Assembly: GCA_027012045.1 (NCBI GenBank)
Contig: JALUZI010000235.1
Span: 1 to 47,740 of the forward strand
DNA length: 47,740 nt
Origin: Desulfurococcales archaeon
GTDB taxonomy: Archaea; Thermoproteota; Thermoprotei_A; Sulfolobales; Acidilobaceae
Direction: 5' to 3'
Shown here: one piece after another, positions 47,089 through 47,740 of the stretch
Numbering within the stretch: position 1 is the stretch's first letter
Layout of the letters: every line of letters begins with the position of its first letter
Translations under genes and position numbers: made by a program
The notes under the pieces: model-generated
Databases searched by the model: none
The model's input: the letters and a program-made list of their open reading frames with translations, nothing else
What the model was told of the DNA's origin: nothing

Positions 47089-47155
47089 TTCCATTGGAAG
47101 CCAAGGGGTCTATGGGATACTCTTAAAAGTGGGTTCCATTGGAAGCCGAGGGGTC
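47089..47155. repeat. Two-copy 22-bp direct repeat (1 mismatch) with a 23-bp spacer
   Basis: TTCCATTGGAAGCCAAGGGGTC (47089-47110) and TTCCATTGGAAGCCGAGGGGTC (47134-47155). Confidence 0.85.
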
Positions 47156-47740
47156 GTTAACCGGGGAGTTAACCAGTAACCCGCCGCAGAAACCATCAGC
47201 CAGCTTCACAGGGAACTCGCTGAGAACAGGAGTTTTCAGGAAGTTAGGGCGGACAAGATGTGCTAGATGCATAGGAGTAGGAGTATATCTTCCAGGCACT
47301 ATTCTCCTCATTACAGGTATCCCAATCTTCCCAGTTGACCGCGTGTGGTATCCGCATTTAGGGCATTCGAAGCCTTTCCCTGTTCCTTTCGATTTCATCC
47401 TACTCCCACATTTCGGGCATCTCGGGTTGACTGTCTCGTAGATAGACTCAAGTTCTTCTATATAGAGGACTTCAGTGGTTATAGTCGGTTTATTGGAGAA
47501 CGAGCGTTGTTTTACTGGTCCCACCACACTTACCTTGTCTCCGGGTGTTAGATGGAGTGCTATGGTGTTCAACGGGTAGGATTCCCTGTAAAACGCTATG
47601 TCGACAGGAGTATCCCCACATTTCGCTTCAACGATGACGTGTCCACCAGGGATCCTCTTCGGTTGTTTAGTGATGGTGCACCTGTATTTACCTGTTCTAT
47701 AGTATCTCGGGGTGTCTATAGTTATCTCGTGGATAGAGGT
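47123..47740 (-). CDS. tiaS: tRNA(Ile2) agmatidine synthetase, 3' part (extends beyond the window)
   Basis: Frame is open to 47740: ...PKRIPGGHVIV...AFYRES (OB fold), NPRCPKCG.RMKS.G...GFECPKCG zinc ribbon, HL.RP. Confidence 0.88.
   Translation of the reverse strand, partial: TSIHEITIDTPRYYRTGKYRCTITKQPKRIPGGHVIVEAKCGDTPVDIAFYRESYPLNTIALHLTPGDKVSVVGPVKQRSFSNKPTITTEVLYIEELESIYETVNPRCPKCGSRMKSKGTGKGFECPKCGYHTRSTGKIGIPVMRRIVPGRYTPTPMHLAHLVRPNFLKTPVLSEFPVKLADGFCGGLLVNSPVNDPSASNGTHF

Noticed and set aside
47089..47155. CRISPR mini-array interpretation of the 22-bp repeats
   Set aside because: Only two copies, a short 23-bp spacer, one copy inside a CDS, and no cas genes in the window.

Overview
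Gene-dense core-genome segment of a crenarchaeon. The EF-2 sequence, short-form XPF and long S6e suggest a Desulfurococcales/Aeropyrum-Acidilobus-like lineage (inference). From left to right it contains: the start of a Nuo-like complex (nuoA, partial nuoB); EF-2; XPF; the conserved exosome/proteasome/RNase P/prefoldin cluster (locally rearranged); the rps15-RecJ/GAN-like-Pcc-rps3ae block; KEOPS genes; rpoE'/spt4/aIF2-gamma/rps6e/aIF5B/ndk; an acyl-CoA dehydrogenase-fixABCX module; split glycine decarboxylase P; tRNA-Leu(GAG) and an intron-containing tRNA-Val(TAC); an NCS1 permease with carbamate kinase; rpiA; a four-subunit 2-oxoacid:ferredoxin oxidoreductase; and the 3' end of tiaS. I found no CRISPR array, integrase, transposase or defence island, and cannot support a wholly new multi-gene system. 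The most notable signals are sub-genic or non-coding: a perfect 32-nt identity between the ancient paralogs rrp41 and rrp42, two tandem box C/D-like sRNAs between psmA and pop5, a strand-specific hairpin leader on rps6e, a catalytically degenerate GAN/Cdc45-like protein, and a 22-bp direct repeat at the end of tiaS. Several start codons were adjusted from the ORF track using SD motifs and homology.
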